Source: Rhodospirillaceae bacterium (GTDB taxonomy: Bacteria > Pseudomonadota > Alphaproteobacteria > Rhodospirillales > UBA2165). From it: a stretch of DNA of 64,000 nt. The position numbers were made by a program, and so were the translations under genes. Below, one piece after another: positions 37,450 through 45,605 of this stretch. How positions within the stretch are numbered: position 1 is the first letter of the stretch; each line of letters begins with the position of its first letter. The stretch covers positions 168,441 through 232,440 of the forward strand of contig CANIGJ010000002.1 of NCBI GenBank assembly GCA_947467145.1. The letters run 5' to 3'. The notes below the pieces were generated by a model, which did not search any database, was not told the DNA's origin, and saw only the letters and a program-made list of their open reading frames with translations.

Positions 37450-38938
37450 CCGGGAACTGCAGACGTTTACCGACCACGCCCAAACGTTCCATCAGGGCGA
37501 CATCGATCAGCCCGTCCGGATTCATACCGACGCTTTGCTGGTAATCGCGCACGGCCTGCACGGTTTTCGGATTGGTGCGTCCGTCGATGCTGCCCGGATC
37601 GAAGCCTTTTTCACGCAGCTTCACCTGGACCGATTGCACGAGATCGTTGGCCGCGCTGACCTGTTCGCCCGCGTCGTCGCCGCGCGTCGCCGTCTGTTGC
37701 GGCGCCGGCGTGCTGCGCGCGGCGCTGGCAGACCCTGTCGAACCCGGCGTGATGGCCTTGTTGACCATCGACAGGAAATCTTCCGGCGGTGCCGCAGGCT
37801 TAGGCGCGGCTGGTGCGGCAGCGGCCGCCTTCGGTGCCTCGACCTTCGGCGCGGGGGCAGGTGTCGCCGCGACAGCCTTGGGCTCGGCCTTTGGGGCCGG
37901 TGTCGGCGTTACCGCCGCCGCTTTGGTTTCTGCTTTCGCCTTGGGGGCTGCTTTCGGCTCGACCGCAGGTGCTGCGGCTTTCGGCTCGTCAGGAACATCG
38001 ACCGGCTTCATGCCCTTCGTCGCCATGCCGAGATCGACCGGCGTTGCGCCCGAAGCTTGATAGGCCGGCGCCTTGGTGTCGGATTTGATCGGACCGCCGA
38101 ACTTGGCTTCGCCGACGTCTCGACCGCCGCCGCTGGTATTGCCGCCCGGCAGGGCTTCGTTCGCCGTGGCACCCGGTGCGGCGTTCGGCGTCATGCCCGA
38201 CGGTGATATGCCGGTTGGTGCCGAGGTGTTTTTTACTTCGGTCACGGTGGGCTTGGCCCAGAAGGCGAGTTCCGGCGGAATGAGCTTGGCAACGGTCGGG
38301 CCGAGCACGAAGAACCCGGCGGCGACGGCGACGGCCGCAGCACCAACGGCGAACAGGCGTCCGGCGATCGGGCGGCTTTGTGCGCGCTCGGCATTGGGAT
38401 CGACTGACAAGGGCGCACGCATGCGCATATCGCCGCTCGGTGCGGCGGCGCTGTGCGTCGGATGGGCCGCGCCAATGCGATCGGACGCATTGAGCATGAA
38501 TTCGTTGGCGGCGGCGCGCGGGGCGGGCGCGGCGGCCGGTGAGCCGAAGCTCGGTTCGGCGCGGTTCGATGGCGTGGTAGAATTACGTTTGTCGGCGAAC
38601 ATCTCGGCTTTCGGCTCTCGTCTCGGTTCTGGGTTCACGTTCGCCGACACGCTCGGCGCGGGCGTTTGGCGCAACGGCGCGGCGCGCGGATTACCCGATC
38701 TGCTCAGAATAGGGCGCTGATCGTTAACAGATTGCGTCTGAATGGCGTCGCGAATCTCCGTCCAAACGTCCGCGTCTGGATCGTGCAGCGGCTGCACCAA
38801 CAGAATGTGCGGCAGTGCCACCGGTGCCGCGACCGTGCCGTAAATCGCCCAGGTCAGCGGGGAGCGGCCTTTTTCACGCGCGAGATAGGCGACAATACCG
38901 CCCATGCACAGTGCTGCTGCTGCGATCAGGAAAATCAT
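37439..38938 (-). CDS. Membrane-anchored peptidoglycan-binding (PG_binding_1) protein with an Ala/Pro/Lys-rich linker
   Basis: 499 aa. N-terminal TM, low-complexity PKAEPKA-type repeats, C-terminal VQVKLREKGFDPGSIDGRTNPKTVQAVRDYQQSVGMNPDG. The 3' end overlaps the MscS ORF start by 11 nt. Confidence 0.65.
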   Translation of the reverse strand: MIFLIAAAALCMGGIVAYLAREKGRSPLTWAIYGTVAAPVALPHILLVQPLHDPDADVWTEIRDAIQTQSVNDQRPILSRSGNPRAAPLRQTPAPSVSANVNPEPRREPKAEMFADKRNSTTPSNRAEPSFGSPAAAPAPRAAANEFMLNASDRIGAAHPTHSAAAPSGDMRMRAPLSVDPNAERAQSRPIAGRLFAVGAAAVAVAAGFFVLGPTVAKLIPPELAFWAKPTVTEVKNTSAPTGISPSGMTPNAAPGATANEALPGGNTSGGGRDVGEAKFGGPIKSDTKAPAYQASGATPVDLGMATKGMKPVDVPDEPKAAAPAVEPKAAPKAKAETKAAAVTPTPAPKAEPKAVAATPAPAPKVEAPKAAAAAPAAPKPAAPPEDFLSMVNKAITPGSTGSASAARSTPAPQQTATRGDDAGEQVSAANDLVQSVQVKLREKGFDPGSIDGRTNPKTVQAVRDYQQSVGMNPDGLIDVALMERLGVVGKRLQFPGGR

Positions 38939-39044
38939 CGGGACCTATTCTAGCGTGCCGAGCCGGGTACGGCTTGTGTCCGTTTCTGGTCGCCCTCTGA
39001 CACCGAAAATGGCCCCGAAACATGGCCGTTTTGAGGCGCTGATT

Positions 39045-40103
39045 TTACGCCCCGATCAATGACTTATGGGCCGCGATGATGGCATCCAGCTTGGCCGGAT
39101 CGGCGCGGCCCCAGCCGCATTCCGAGCCGATCCCGGCGACTCGGGTAAAGCGTTGCGCCTGCGCCAGGCGCTGCGCATTGCCGGCCGGATCATTCGCATG
39201 CACGCAGCCGAGATAGAACTGGGCCCCCTCTGGTAAGGCGAGATCGGCGAGGGGGCGGACATAATCGGCGTCGCTCCGATCCTGCGGTACCGGCAGATGC
39301 AGGTAGCGAATGGGCCGCTTGAGACGCGCAAAAATCCCATTGGCCATGGCGACGGTGACGCCGAGATCCTTAGGGATCACGCAATGCTCGTCGGCCGGGC
39401 TGCCGTAACACAGATGATAGCCCAGCTCGATGCCGCTCGGCACCGCGTTGCCGATGTGCGCCAGCGAGCCGAGAATCGCGTCTTGGTAATCCGCCGGCTG
39501 GGTGAAAAAGCCTTCCCACATCAGGACTTCCTGGCAGACGTCCCATTGGAAGGCGAGATCGTCATGCGGCAGGGCGGCGGCGATTTTGGCGATCTCGCTG
39601 ACCAGATGCGCGCTATAGGCGGCGGTGAAATCGGCCTGATCCTTGGGCGTCACATACATATAGGCGATGGCCAGCGGCGTCGCCGCGCAGACCTGGAACT
39701 TGACCCCGGCCGGAATCCGGCCCGCCGTGCGCGCCGCGGCGAAGGCCTGATAGCTCGCGATGGCGTTGTCGGCATAGCCGGTCTCGAACGCGACACCGCT
39801 GCGGTTGGCTCCGGCCACGAAACGCAGCAACGGCCATTCCATCACCACCTTGCCGTCCCATTGCTTGAACTGGAACAGCCCGACATCGGTGTCTTTCTCG
39901 AAGGCCGGATTGCGTCCCAGGCCCCGGCGCACGAAGCCGATCCAATCGGCGCGCCGCCCGGTTTCGCCGTCGGGCAGGCTGCGGATATAGGGGCCGAGGT
40001 CGGCGCCGACCTTGTGGAAAACGGCGGTGGGATCTGCGAGCGGTACGCTGCCGACAAGATGCGCCAGGAGGGGAGAAGCCACACGTGGAGCAGATTGGGT
40101 CAT
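39045..40103 (-). CDS. Hypothetical protein, possibly MetE-C-terminal/UROD-like fold
   Basis: Start preferred at 40103 (MTQSAPRV...). GYHLCYG and GSECGWG blocks resemble HVCWG and GTDCGIG in the MetE-like protein at 56760. This is a weak, by-eye similarity only. Confidence 0.4.
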   Translation of the reverse strand: MTQSAPRVASPLLAHLVGSVPLADPTAVFHKVGADLGPYIRSLPDGETGRRADWIGFVRRGLGRNPAFEKDTDVGLFQFKQWDGKVVMEWPLLRFVAGANRSGVAFETGYADNAIASYQAFAAARTAGRIPAGVKFQVCAATPLAIAYMYVTPKDQADFTAAYSAHLVSEIAKIAAALPHDDLAFQWDVCQEVLMWEGFFTQPADYQDAILGSLAHIGNAVPSGIELGYHLCYGSPADEHCVIPKDLGVTVAMANGIFARLKRPIRYLHLPVPQDRSDADYVRPLADLALPEGAQFYLGCVHANDPAGNAQRLAQAQRFTRVAGIGSECGWGRADPAKLDAIIAAHKSLIGA

Positions 40104-40281
40104 GGTTGCACCACGATCCCTCGCGCCGTCAGCCGGGGCAAGCATTTCTGCCCGGATTTCCACGCAATTTGCTGCTTTTGAGTGCAATCTTGCCCTAATG
40201 TATACAGTTTATAGGTGATTGTGGGTGGCCCGTAATTATCCTGTGGATTATACGTATTTTTGATTTGACGTACCGTAAGTT

Positions 40282-41199
40282 GTGCCGCTAAGACAGGCCA
40301 CCGCTCGTCAAGGGGCCGCCGTCATGAATATTTTCGACGCACGACAGGCCACACGCGCGCCACGAGTTCTACAGGTTCTGCAGGATTCCTATCGGGTGTC
40401 GAACGCCGTGTGGGATGAACTGCCGGTGGCGATGTATATCTGCGACGCTGAAGGACGCCTCGTCCAATTCAATCGTCGCGCGTGTGACATCTGGGGCTAC
40501 AAGCCCGATCTATCGGCAGACTCGCCGCGTTACGGCGCGGCGCGGCGCCTCTACCGGACCGATGGGTCTTTGGTGACGGCCGATAATTCAGGCATGCGCG
40601 AGGTGCTGGAAACCGGCACATCGAAGCGCGATCTCAGTTTCATCATGGAACGCCCGGACGGCACGCGCATCACGGTGCTCGGCAATATGGATCCGGTGAT
40701 CGACGACGACGGCACGATCGTCGGCGCGGTCAATTGCTTCCAGGACGTCACCACGCTCAAGCAGGCGACCTTCAATCTCGGCGAAGGGCGCAAGGACGGC
40801 CGCGACAATCTGTTCGAAACCGCGCAGCGCCTCGACGCGATCTGCGATCATGCCTGCATCGGCATCGCCGAGGCCGATGTCGCAGGCAAGATCGTGCGCG
40901 TCAACGACGCCATGTGCGCGATCACCGGGTTCGAGCGCGACGAGCTGGTCGGCAACACGATGTATTACCGCACCCATCCTGACGACATCGCGCGCGACCG
41001 GCTCAATTACCGCCAGCAGGTAACCGGCGGCTACGATCGTTACGCGATCGAGAAACGCTTCGTGCGCAAGGACGGCACCGTGATCTGGATCTCCGTGCTG
41101 TCCTCATCGGTGCGCGACCGCGACGGCAATTTTCTTTATTGCCTGCGCGTCATCCAAGACATCACCCAGCGCCGCTCAGACGAGGACGAACTAAAATAA
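40282..41199 (+). CDS. PAS-domain protein (two PAS modules, no output domain)
   Basis: 305 aa. PVAMYICDAEGRLVQFNRRACDIWGY and GIAEADVAGKIVRVNDAMCAITGFERDELVG ... KDGTVIWISV. Start is either GTG 40282 or ATG 40324. Confidence 0.7.
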   Translation: MPLRQATARQGAAVMNIFDARQATRAPRVLQVLQDSYRVSNAVWDELPVAMYICDAEGRLVQFNRRACDIWGYKPDLSADSPRYGAARRLYRTDGSLVTADNSGMREVLETGTSKRDLSFIMERPDGTRITVLGNMDPVIDDDGTIVGAVNCFQDVTTLKQATFNLGEGRKDGRDNLFETAQRLDAICDHACIGIAEADVAGKIVRVNDAMCAITGFERDELVGNTMYYRTHPDDIARDRLNYRQQVTGGYDRYAIEKRFVRKDGTVIWISVLSSSVRDRDGNFLYCLRVIQDITQRRSDEDELK

Positions 41200-41202
41200 C
41201 AT

Positions 41203-41270
41203 CCTCATCCTGAGCCTGTCGAAGGATGGGCCAGCGGCACCCCGCATCCTTCGACAGGCTCAGGATGAGG
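41203..41270. repeat. 68-bp REP-like palindromic element, copy 2
   Basis: 68/68 identical to copy 1. Sits between convergent stops (41199 and 41277). Confidence 0.9.
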
Positions 41271-41276
41271 GTTTCT

Positions 41277-42983
41277 TTAAATCGTCACCGCAACGCCCGC
41301 ATCCGGAAACGCGCGCAGCACCATGGCGCGCGCGATTTCGCGTTCGCCCATGATGGTGATGTCGGCGCCCAGCTTCTGCAGATGCTCGACCTCGGCGTCC
41401 GAATGCGCGCGCGCGACGATGCGGATGCCTGGGTTGAATGCGCGCGCCTGTTCGGCATATTGCCCGGCCTCGAACGCATCGGGGATGGCGATGAACATCC
41501 ATTGCGCGCCCGCCACATTGGCCGCCGCGATCAGCGCACCCGGCGCCGCCGGGCCGAGGATCGTATCGACGCCGTCGGCGCGCAATTTGTCGGCGACATC
41601 TTTGTTTTCCTCGATCACCACGTAAGGGCGGCCCTGCAAATGCAGGGCTTCGCGGATCACGCCGCCGACGCGCCCCGCGCCGATCAGCACGGCGTGCTGG
41701 GTCAGCTTCGTCGCCCCCAGCGGCACGTCGGGGCTGGCGAGTGCATCGCCGGGCGCCGGCTGGCCTTCGCGCGCTTCCAGCCACGGCCGCAAGCGGTCGA
41801 GCGCCCAGAACGCCAGCAGGTTGGCGAGGATCGACAGGATCGCGCCGGCCAGGATCAGATCGCGCGCGCGTTCGGGCATGAGGTCGAGGCTGACGCCGAG
41901 CGTCGCCAGGATGAACGAAAACTCGCCGATCTGCGCCAGGCTCGCCGAAATAGTCAGCGCCGTCGACAGCGGATGGCGGAACGCCAGCACGATGACCAGC
42001 GCCGCGATCGATTTGCCCACCATGATGATGAAGAAGGTCGCGAGCACCGCCCAGAAATCGTTCACCAGGATGGTGGGATCGAGCAGCATGCCGACGGCGA
42101 CGAAGAACAACACCGCGAAGGCATCGCGCAACGGCAGGGTTTCTTCGGCGGCGCGCGCACTTAGCTCCGATCCGGCCAGCACCATGCCGGCGAAAAATGC
42201 GCCGAGCGCGAACGACACATCGAACAGCACGGCCGAGCCGTAGGCCACGCCTAATGCTATCGCCAGCACCGACAGGCGGAACAGTTCGCGCGATCCGGTA
42301 TGTGCCACATAATGCAGCAACCACGGGATGGCGCGGCGCCCGACCGCCAGCATGATGGCGACGAACGCCACGACCTTGCCGAGCGTGATGCCGAGCGTGG
42401 TGAGCAGATCGCTCATGCGCACCGGATCGGCCAGGGTATCGACCGTCACATCCCCCTTGATGACGCCGGCCAATGCGGGCAGCAGGACGAGGGCCAGCAC
42501 CATGGCCAAGTCTTCGACGATCAGCCAGCCGACCGCGATCTTGCCGCGCTCGGTCTTCACCAGGCGGCGTTCCTGCAACGCGCGCAGCAGCACGACCGTG
42601 CTGGCGACCGAAAGGGCGAGGCCGAACACGATGCCCGCACCCACCGGCCAGCCCAGCACCCAGCCGAGCCCCATGCCGAGAAGCGTGGCAAAGGCGATCT
42701 GGACGACCGCGCCGGGTATCGCGATCAGCTTCACCGACAGCAGGTCATCCAGCGAGAAATGCAACCCGACGCCGAACATCAGCAAGATCACGCCGATCTC
42801 GGCCAATTGCGGGGCGAGCGAGACATCGGCGACGAAGCCCGGCGTGAACGGGCCGACGCAGATGCCCGCCAGCAAATAGCCGACGATGGGCGAAATGCGC
42901 AGGCGATTGGCGAGTGCCCCCAGGATGAAGGCCAGCACGAGGCCGACGACGATGGTGGCGATCAGGGGCGAATGGTGCGGCAT
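41277..42983 (-). CDS. CPA2-family cation:proton antiporter with a TrkA-N domain (YbaL-like)
   Basis: 568 aa. SPIVGYLLAGICVGPFTPGF N-terminus and C-terminal Rossmann AVLIGAGRVG. Confidence 0.85.
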   Translation of the reverse strand: MPHHSPLIATIVVGLVLAFILGALANRLRISPIVGYLLAGICVGPFTPGFVADVSLAPQLAEIGVILLMFGVGLHFSLDDLLSVKLIAIPGAVVQIAFATLLGMGLGWVLGWPVGAGIVFGLALSVASTVVLLRALQERRLVKTERGKIAVGWLIVEDLAMVLALVLLPALAGVIKGDVTVDTLADPVRMSDLLTTLGITLGKVVAFVAIMLAVGRRAIPWLLHYVAHTGSRELFRLSVLAIALGVAYGSAVLFDVSFALGAFFAGMVLAGSELSARAAEETLPLRDAFAVLFFVAVGMLLDPTILVNDFWAVLATFFIIMVGKSIAALVIVLAFRHPLSTALTISASLAQIGEFSFILATLGVSLDLMPERARDLILAGAILSILANLLAFWALDRLRPWLEAREGQPAPGDALASPDVPLGATKLTQHAVLIGAGRVGGVIREALHLQGRPYVVIEENKDVADKLRADGVDTILGPAAPGALIAAANVAGAQWMFIAIPDAFEAGQYAEQARAFNPGIRIVARAHSDAEVEHLQKLGADITIMGEREIARAMVLRAFPDAGVAVTI

Positions 42984-43035
42984 CGTGGGATCTTTCGCGT
43001 TCGGTGTCGCGCCTAATGATTAAGCGTCGTCTATT

Positions 43036-43887
43036 ATGCAGGAAGCGGCCCGTATATTTGAACCCTCTTATTGTCTTTATTGCGGCGGGCGCGGCGATAA
43101 TCGGTATAAGCTACGCGTTCGGGGGAAGCCTGTGCGGATTGCTGCGATCGTCTCGTTCACCATGCTGCTATTGACGGCGCTCTTCGCGGGCGGGCCGCCG
43201 GTGCGCGCGCAGGCTCCCGCGGCGGCACTGGAAGAGGTCGATCTCGAACTCGTCTTGATGGTCGATGCCTCGGGCAGCGTCGATCAGCAGGAATATGCGT
43301 TGCAGCGCGTCGGCTATTTCCAGGCCTTCCGCGATCCCCGCGTCATCGATGCGATCCGCAGCGGCTATCACCGCAAGATCGCGGTGGCCTATATCGAATG
43401 GACCGGCCCGTTCCTACAGGCGGCCATCGCCGATTGGACGGTGCTGTCGGACGCGGAGTCGGTCGAGGCCTTCGCCGCGCGGCTGCAAAAAGCGCCGCGC
43501 GTGTTGTACGGCGGCGGCACGGCGGTCGGCGGCGCGATCCAATATGGTGCGGACTCGATCGACAACAATCGCTTCACCGCGCAACGCAAAGTCATCGATG
43601 TGTCGGGCGACGGCTCCAACACCTCTGGCCCGGTGGCGCGCGTGGTGCGCGACCGCGTGGTGGCGCGCGGCTTTACCATCAACGGCCTGCCGATCCTCAC
43701 CGACGAGCCCTATCTCGATCGCTTCTATCAGGACGAGGTGATCGGCGGCCCGGGCGCCTTCATGATCCCGGCCAGCAACTTCGAGGATTTCGCCAAGGCG
43801 ATCCGCACGAAGCTGATCAGGGAGATTGCTGGGGTCGAGGATGAGAGGGATGTCAGCGTGGCGGAGAGTAAAGATTTCGAACGATAG
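43036..43887 (+). CDS. DUF1194 (vWA-like) protein
   Basis: VDLELVLMVDASGSVDQQEYALQRVGY...IAVAYIEWTG is typical of DUF1194. The likelier start is GTG 43132, preceded by GGGGGAAG, which gives a signal-like N-terminus. Confidence 0.7.
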   Translation: MQEAARIFEPSYCLYCGGRGDNRYKLRVRGKPVRIAAIVSFTMLLLTALFAGGPPVRAQAPAAALEEVDLELVLMVDASGSVDQQEYALQRVGYFQAFRDPRVIDAIRSGYHRKIAVAYIEWTGPFLQAAIADWTVLSDAESVEAFAARLQKAPRVLYGGGTAVGGAIQYGADSIDNNRFTAQRKVIDVSGDGSNTSGPVARVVRDRVVARGFTINGLPILTDEPYLDRFYQDEVIGGPGAFMIPASNFEDFAKAIRTKLIREIAGVEDERDVSVAESKDFER

Positions 43888-43901
43888 CCTTTAGGCGGCC
43901 A

Positions 43902-44897
43902 TTATAGTTTTTTGTCTCGATAGGCCTGATATTCTTGATGATTGAACACAAGAAGACCCTTCGAAGACATATAGACTTTCAACGCATCGAAAAAAGCGGA
44001 GTTAAATTTGACGTCGATGATTTGAGCGAGCTCCTTGCCAATGGACGTTAAGACAAAGGTTTCGATATCGACTCTCTGTTGAGTCTTAGACATTACATAT
44101 AAGTCTTCATTACAATAACGCAGCATAAGGACGCTATTGAGATCAAAGCTAAAAAGTAATCTGAGTTCATCCCCTTGATGTATGAGTCCTGCGCCTCTGC
44201 AGGCAACAATGTCCTCATATTTCAAGTTGTAATAAGTGTTTTCGCCTCCTGCCATCCAAGCTTGTTCCATTCTCGGCACTTCGATATTCGATGTGTAGAG
44301 TTGGCAAAGCCTCTGAAAAGCATCTGCTTCACTTGCGGAGATAGTCGTCAGTGTCATAATTGCCCGAATGCTGAACGTGTTGGGTACGGCGACTTCTTGG
44401 GCTAGTACTCTTCCTAAGAGCTGCTGCATTTCTTCCTTCGTCGCGCTCTTACAGAGATCATTGAATTGCAGCAGCCATCCTTGATCAATCGGAGGAGTAT
44501 TATCTGTTAGTTTTGACGAGCCCGCATTTTCCTGCTCGTTGGCATATTCGACCGCGTGGCGAACAACATTCTCGATATTAGTTTGATGCTGAACGGCTTC
44601 ATGCTGTAGGCGAAGTATGCTTCTGCCTTCCCGCGTCGTTGGGTCGTTCGCTAAGATCGCATTTACGTCGATCTGACTTTGAGCGCGGATCACGGCTGCG
44701 CGGCTCTCGCGCTCAGCGTTTTTTACTACAGTTGCATCGTTATAAAGGCGGGCGAAGCCACCAAATACTGCATCGACAATTCGTGTGCCGAGTTTTCCGA
44801 TCGGCTTGATATCTATAAGTTCTCTAACTTCAACTTTGACCAAAGCATTGCTGCTTTTGTCAGTCGTGTTCTGTTGTTTGTCGTCACTCTCGGCCAT
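43902..44897 (-). CDS. DUF2806-like protein of unknown function, in an AT-rich islet
   Basis: 331 aa. The central block DQGWLLQFNDLCKSATKEEMQQLLGRVLAQEV..FSIRAIMTLTTISASEADAF resembles the DUF2806/TIGR03899 pattern as I recall it. No TM or catalytic motif seen. Confidence 0.5.
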   Translation of the reverse strand: MAESDDKQQNTTDKSSNALVKVEVRELIDIKPIGKLGTRIVDAVFGGFARLYNDATVVKNAERESRAAVIRAQSQIDVNAILANDPTTREGRSILRLQHEAVQHQTNIENVVRHAVEYANEQENAGSSKLTDNTPPIDQGWLLQFNDLCKSATKEEMQQLLGRVLAQEVAVPNTFSIRAIMTLTTISASEADAFQRLCQLYTSNIEVPRMEQAWMAGGENTYYNLKYEDIVACRGAGLIHQGDELRLLFSFDLNSVLMLRYCNEDLYVMSKTQQRVDIETFVLTSIGKELAQIIDVKFNSAFFDALKVYMSSKGLLVFNHQEYQAYRDKKL

Positions 44898-45020
44898 TTA
44901 GCCCGCCCCTTTTCTCGCCGATGCCGCCAGTATGTAGGTCATGGCTGATGGCCGTTTCTTATGCGCGTATTATGACATCGCTATGCGCGCATCGGGAGTT
45001 ATCTTTTATTTCTAATTTTC

Positions 45021-45050
45021 TTGACCTCGCGCCCCTGAATTAGATATAAT
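45021..45050 (+). promoter_or_regulatory. Near-consensus sigma70-type promoter for the terS-like gene
   Basis: TTGACC (45021-45026), 18 nt, TATAAT (45045-45050), about 22 nt upstream of the first ATG. Confidence 0.45.
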
Positions 45051-45080
45051 TTCCATTTCTAATCTATGGCAAATGGAAAT
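45049..45080. promoter_or_regulatory. Operator-like perfect inverted repeat spanning the -10 edge to the terS-like start codon
   Basis: ATTTCCATTT (45049-45058), 12 nt, AAATGGAAAT (45071-45080). The ATG at 45073 lies inside the right arm. Confidence 0.5.
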
Positions 45081-45525
45081 CCTCATGCTCCTTCTCCATC
45101 CCAAATACGAAGCGTTCTGCCGCCATTATGCCGAGGACGGCAACGCCACCGAGGCCGCGCGCGAGGCCGGCTTTTCCTACGAACACGCGGCGCAGCAAGG
45201 TTACCGGCTGCTCAAGCGGCCGGACGTCCAGGCCCGGCTCTTCGAAATGGCCGCCGCGAAAGACGAAGCCAGGGCGGGCGCCCTGGCGGAACGCCTGGCA
45301 CTGCGCGACAAGCTCGCCGCCATGCAGGCAACCGAGGCCGAAACCCTGCTCGCGAAACTCGACCCCGTTTACGAACGTCGCCTCGCCGCCCACGACCATG
45401 AGGGCGTCATGAAGGTGATCGCGTTGCAGGCGCGCATCGCCGGTCTACTCGATGAACCAACCACGGCGAAGCGTGCAACAAAAGCTGCGCGCCGACAGGC
45501 GGACGATAGTCCGGAGATAGGCTGA
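45073..45525 (+). CDS. Phage small terminase subunit-like protein (Terminase_2-type HTH), orphan
   Basis: 150 aa. HPKYEAFCRHYAEDGNATEAAREAGFSYEHAAQQGYRLLKRPDVQARL matches the N-terminal HTH pattern of TerS proteins. The tail is coiled-coil-like. An alternative ATG is at 45085. Confidence 0.6.
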   Translation: MEILMLLLHPKYEAFCRHYAEDGNATEAAREAGFSYEHAAQQGYRLLKRPDVQARLFEMAAAKDEARAGALAERLALRDKLAAMQATEAETLLAKLDPVYERRLAAHDHEGVMKVIALQARIAGLLDEPTTAKRATKAARRQADDSPEIG

Positions 45526-45539
45526 CGATGAACAGGCGT

Positions 45540-45596
45540 TCGACAGAACTCGACAGCGGATGTCGAGTCTTGTCGATCTTTGTCGAGACATGTCGA
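45540..45596. repeat. Phased hexamer array: 2x TCGACA then 4x TGTCGA at ~10-bp spacing
   Basis: Hexamers start at 45540, 45550, 45561, 45571, 45581 and 45591. The first four also form a 15-position imperfect palindrome (45541-45575). Confidence 0.85.
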
Positions 45597-45605
45597 TGTG
45601 CAGCG

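Noticed and set aside
40199-40206. TGTATACA palindrome and nearby attat repeats in the AT-rich region upstream of the PAS gene
   Set aside because: These are short, single-occurrence motifs in an AT-rich promoter region, and I can offer no supporting context.
43880-45512. Possible att-like direct repeats flanking the AT-rich islet (acgatag at about 43883 and 45503)
   Set aside because: Only a 7-nt match. The right copy lies inside the terS-like ORF rather than at the compositional boundary. No integrase is present, so the match is compatible with chance.
45540-45600. The 10-bp repeat array considered as a CRISPR array or minisatellite
   Set aside because: The unit length of 10 bp leaves no spacers, which is far too short for CRISPR. 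There are only six units, in two orientations, and no cas genes are in the window.
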